This document shows positions 60,959 to 64,000 of a stretch of DNA of 64,000 bases, piece by piece. This stretch comes from an uncultured Verrucomicrobiae bacterium. GTDB lineage: Bacteria; Verrucomicrobiota; Verrucomicrobiia; Chthoniobacterales; JAFAMB01. Numbering within the stretch: the stretch's first letter is position 1; the number at the start of each line of letters is the position of its first letter. Under the pieces are notes generated by a model that saw only the letters and a program-made list of their open reading frames with translations, ran no database searches and had not been told where the DNA came from. The position numbers and the translations under genes were made by a program. The DNA lies in the NCBI GenBank assembly GCA_963762565.1, contig CAVXLD010000001.1, positions 384,001-448,000 of the forward strand. Direction: 5' to 3'.

Positions 60959-61408
60959 TCACCGGGGGATCCCGGTCACCTTAACCCCGGGGTCGACATG
61001 GTGCTTTTGGAACCATCCCTGATTTACCTCTAGGGCGTAGCAGATATCGCTCGTAGCGCTACGGGTGGTGCGCTCGTCGAACGGTTGCATATCATGCACT
61101 TCCTTAAGGATCGAATTACCGTCGATGAAGCCGATAGAGAGAGGGATTTTCGTGTTCTTCATCCAGAAACTGGCTTGCTCTGCCGGGCCTAAGATGAAAA
61201 TCATACCCTGCTCGTCAGGAAGGGCACTCCGATACATCAATCCATTTGAGAGCGATTGAGGGGTATCAGCCACTTCGACTTTTAAATGGGTTCCACCGAC
61301 GTTGAGATCGACGGTCCTTAAGCCAAACGCTCCAGTCTGGGCGTCCGGCGAACAAGCCGACAAAACAAGGATGACTAGCCAGAGAACCGCCCTAACGACG
61401 TGACGCAT
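60959..61408 (-). CDS. DUF192 family lipoprotein
   Basis: Lipobox LSAC; EVADT..GLMYR..GMIF..FWMKNT.IPL.I.FID..ALEVN.G. Confidence 0.92.
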   Translation of the reverse strand: MRHVVRAVLWLVILVLSACSPDAQTGAFGLRTVDLNVGGTHLKVEVADTPQSLSNGLMYRSALPDEQGMIFILGPAEQASFWMKNTKIPLSIGFIDGNSILKEVHDMQPFDERTTRSATSDICYALEVNQGWFQKHHVDPGVKVTGIPR

Positions 61409-62537
61409 GATGTAATTCCATTTTGATCTTCAAAGCTTCCGCCACCGCTTCATCGATTGTCGGAGCGAGCACACAATAATGCCCCATTTTCCTGCCGGAT
61501 CGACCTTCGGTTTTGCCATAGAGATGCAGTTTAGCATTGGGCCGTCGAAGGATCGGTGACCAATCGGGCGGACGACCGTTGACCCAAAGATCTCCCAGGA
61601 GATTGACCATACAGACTGGGGAGAGCAAATCCGGCAGGCCCAGCGGTAGTCCGCAAACCGCCCTGAGTTGTTGTTCGAACTGGCTCGTAATACACGCATC
61701 GAACGTGTAGTGCCCGGAGTTGTGCGGGCGCGGTGCCAGCTCATTTACTAAGAGTTTGCCGGCCGTGGTTAGAAAGAATTCGACCGCGAGAAGTCCAATC
61801 ACCTCTAAATCATTGGCTAGCGACTTGGCAATTTCGGTTGCCTCCCGTTGCAATTGTTCCGGCAGTCGGGCGGGCGCAATCGAGTGGTCCAAAATATGCC
61901 GATGATGTACGTTCTCCGCCGCTGGAAACGTCGCCAACTGGTCGTCACCCCCGCGAGCGCAAATCACCGAAAGCTCACAATCGAATTCTATCCATTTTTC
62001 CAGAATGCCCTTTCTGCCTTGCAGCGTCGAGGCATCCACCTCATTGGCATCCTGAATTTTCTGTTGGCCTTTCCCATCATAGCCAAAGTCCGCTGTTTTC
62101 AGAACCGCTGGTACGCCCAAGGCCGCTAATCCATTTCGAATATCTTCCTCGCCGGCAACGATGCGAAAAGGGACGTGAGGATAACTATGCACAGACAGAA
62201 AATTCTTTTCCCGCTCGCGATTTTGACAAATATGCAGGACCTCTGATCTCGGGTGAACCGGCTTTTGCAGGGCGAGCCGGTCGATCACCGCGGAGGGGAT
62301 GTTCTCGAATTCGAAGGTCATGACATCAACGGATTGGGCGAATTCATTGAGCGCCGTTTCGTCCGTATAAGACCCGGTAAACTCCCGATCCGAAACCTGG
62401 CCGGCCGGACTATCGGGTGTCGATTCATAAGTATGCACGCGGTAGCCCATTCTTCGGGCGGCAATGCCGAACATTCGGCCGAGTTGGCCACCGCCAAGAA
62501 CACCAATGGTCGATCCGGGACAAATCCAACGCCGCAT
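61392..62537 (-). CDS. purK: N5-carboxyaminoimidazole ribonucleotide synthase
   Basis: GGGQLGRM, TFEFEN, GYDGKGQ, NELAPRPHNSGH, HLYGK..RKMGH. Confidence 0.97.
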   Translation of the reverse strand: MRRWICPGSTIGVLGGGQLGRMFGIAARRMGYRVHTYESTPDSPAGQVSDREFTGSYTDETALNEFAQSVDVMTFEFENIPSAVIDRLALQKPVHPRSEVLHICQNREREKNFLSVHSYPHVPFRIVAGEEDIRNGLAALGVPAVLKTADFGYDGKGQQKIQDANEVDASTLQGRKGILEKWIEFDCELSVICARGGDDQLATFPAAENVHHRHILDHSIAPARLPEQLQREATEIAKSLANDLEVIGLLAVEFFLTTAGKLLVNELAPRPHNSGHYTFDACITSQFEQQLRAVCGLPLGLPDLLSPVCMVNLLGDLWVNGRPPDWSPILRRPNAKLHLYGKTEGRSGRKMGHYCVLAPTIDEAVAEALKIKMELHHASRR

Positions 62538-62613
62538 ACAGGATAATAGAACTGCTTTAAAGGGCCTATTCTAGCATCTTCGGCGGCGGACCGGAAGATG
62601 ACACAAACACAGA

Positions 62614-62693
62614 ATGACAAATGACAGATTACAGATGACAAATCGAGCCGAGCCGGGTCATTAATTTGTCATCTGTCATTTGTCATCTGTCAT
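62614..62693. repeat. Inverted heptamer arrays (ATGACAR x4 / YTGTCAT x4)
   Basis: 62614-62643 and 62664-62693 are near-perfect reverse complements built from 7-nt units. Confidence 0.8.
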
Positions 62694-62735
62694 TTCTGAG
62701 GTTTCCCCTCCCACCCTGACTACGTATAATACGAG

Positions 62736-63257
62736 ATGATGTTCGCAGAATGGGAAATCAAGGCGCGGAGCCACGCTTGCGCGCACACCCAGATTCCTTT
62801 CAACGACGGTGACACCATTTGGACTTTGTTGTACCGGGATAAACACGGCTTTCGGCGGGAAGACATTTCCGACGCGGCCCGGACCCAGTTGAAGGAATCA
62901 GCTCAGCCGTTTTCGTTTTGGAAATCGAAATATCAGGCCCCACCCGCGACCCCGCCTGAACCGATGCAAAAGGAGTCGGTGGAGGCGTTGTTGCGCCGGC
63001 TGATCGAGGAAGACCGTCCGGAATATCTCAATACCCGTTACGTGCTGGCTGCGATGCTCGAGCGCAAAAAGATTCTAAAACCGGTCGATGTTCGAGAGAC
63101 CGGCTCGGAGAAGATACTGGTGTACGAACACGCAAAGAGCGGAGAGGCCTTTTTGATCGTCGATCCCGGGTTACGGCTGGATCAGCTGGACGCGGTGCAA
63201 GACGAAGTCGCCTTGTTGCTTGCGAACGGCTTAGCGTCCCAACAGCCGGAACAGTGA
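62736..63257 (+). CDS. Hypothetical protein
   Basis: 173-aa ORF with protein-like composition; TATAAT 5-8 nt before the start. Confidence 0.7.
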   Translation: MMFAEWEIKARSHACAHTQIPFNDGDTIWTLLYRDKHGFRREDISDAARTQLKESAQPFSFWKSKYQAPPATPPEPMQKESVEALLRRLIEEDRPEYLNTRYVLAAMLERKKILKPVDVRETGSEKILVYEHAKSGEAFLIVDPGLRLDQLDAVQDEVALLLANGLASQQPEQ

Positions 63258-63258
63258 C

Positions 63259-63491
63259 GGTAGGGCGAAAAACTCGGCGCGCACAGGGCATCGTTTTATC
63301 ATTCGATCTATCCGCGCCGGTTTTGAGCCGGGCCGCGCGTGCCTTTGCTCCGCGACCGTGCAGGAGAATACCGACGCTTGGTTTCGCATGAATTCCCGAC
63401 CTATTAAACTCGTTAGGTCGCGGCTCAAAACCGGCGCGGACGAACTGATTTGACAAACTAAGCCCAGGGGCACCGAGTTTTTCGCCCTACC
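63259..63491. repeat. Nested fold-back (GTAG-REP) element, second copy
   Basis: Same outer GGTAGGGCGAAAAACTCGG and inner CGCGCCGGTTTTGAGCCG inverted pairs as 43460-43845, with a different core. Confidence 0.85.
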
Positions 63492-63575
63492 GAGAAGGGG
63501 AGACGCCACCAAAATCCGCCCCCCTCTTGCTAAAACTCAGGTCTAGATAATGGTAGTCAGCAACGAATTCATTAT

Positions 63576-64000
63576 ATGCCGAGCAATAATCCGGTTTTAA
63601 GAAGAGCGCCCTTCAGCTCAGTTCAGCCAGGGGAAATGGCAGAACCTATGACGCTGAATGGCGTGATCCTCCGCACATTTTTCCTATTGGTTCTCGTGGT
63701 CGCGTCCGCTGCTACTTCCTGGACCTTTTTACAAAGTCGCCCTGAAGCTCTCTCTGGTACGATTCTAGTTGGCGTCTTAGGAGGACTTGGCTGCGCGCTT
63801 TTCACGACTTTCAACCCGCGGAGGGCTGCGATTGCAGGATCCATTTACTGTCTCTTTGAGGGGACAGCCATCGGAGGTATCACTTTCTTCGCCGAGGCTC
63901 GCTACCCTGGCGTCGCGTTTCAAGCTGTATGCCTGACCTTCGCCATCTTGTTTGCCCTGCTTGGACTTTACTCGTTTCGCATTATCAGGGTTTCCCAAAC
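63576..64000 (+). CDS. Bax inhibitor-1/YccA family membrane protein (partial, runs off window)
   Basis: Read by hand: MPSNNPVL..MTLNGVILRT..YCLFEG.AIGGI..YPGVAFQAVCLTF..LY..RIIRV. Confidence 0.85.
   Translation, partial: MPSNNPVLRRAPFSSVQPGEMAEPMTLNGVILRTFFLLVLVVASAATSWTFLQSRPEALSGTILVGVLGGLGCALFTTFNPRRAAIAGSIYCLFEGTAIGGITFFAEARYPGVAFQAVCLTFAILFALLGLYSFRIIRVSQ

Overview
Bacterial chromosomal window, probably soil Verrucomicrobiota (Chthoniobacterales-like). That assignment is an inference from the N-terminally extended GreA, the TonB-dependent receptor style and the repeat families. The left ~25 kb is accessory: a frameshifted secreted glycoside-hydrolase-like gene, GNAT, an S53 sedolisin-like protein with substituted catalytic residues, two SDRs, a non-canonical P-II, Spy/CpxP, an AcpA-type phosphoesterase, a sugar ABC transporter, a small SUEL-lectin-like protein, an L,D-transpeptidase, a TonB-dependent receptor and a VapBC pair with a frameshifted antitoxin. 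25.6-37.1 kb is an 11-gene type IV filament (T4P/T2SS-like) operon, preceded on the same strand by an HExxH protein, a lone VirB10/TrbI-domain protein and a roadblock-domain protein. The right part is mostly housekeeping (cimA, greA-like, eno-ftsB, polX, purK). It also has a 1.5 kb DHFR-like + VapBC islet bounded by a 32-bp duplication of the ftsB 3' end, and a TIR-kinase-pseudokinase-TM-TPR protein. The window is dense in palindromic repeats: several REP/REPIN families, IS630-type MITEs and a 41-bp tandem array. Two REPINs lie in frame inside the cleavable leaders of minor pilins, and a small element has inserted exactly into the hairpin loops of two different REPs. I recognised no rRNA, tRNA, CRISPR array, transposase or integrase.
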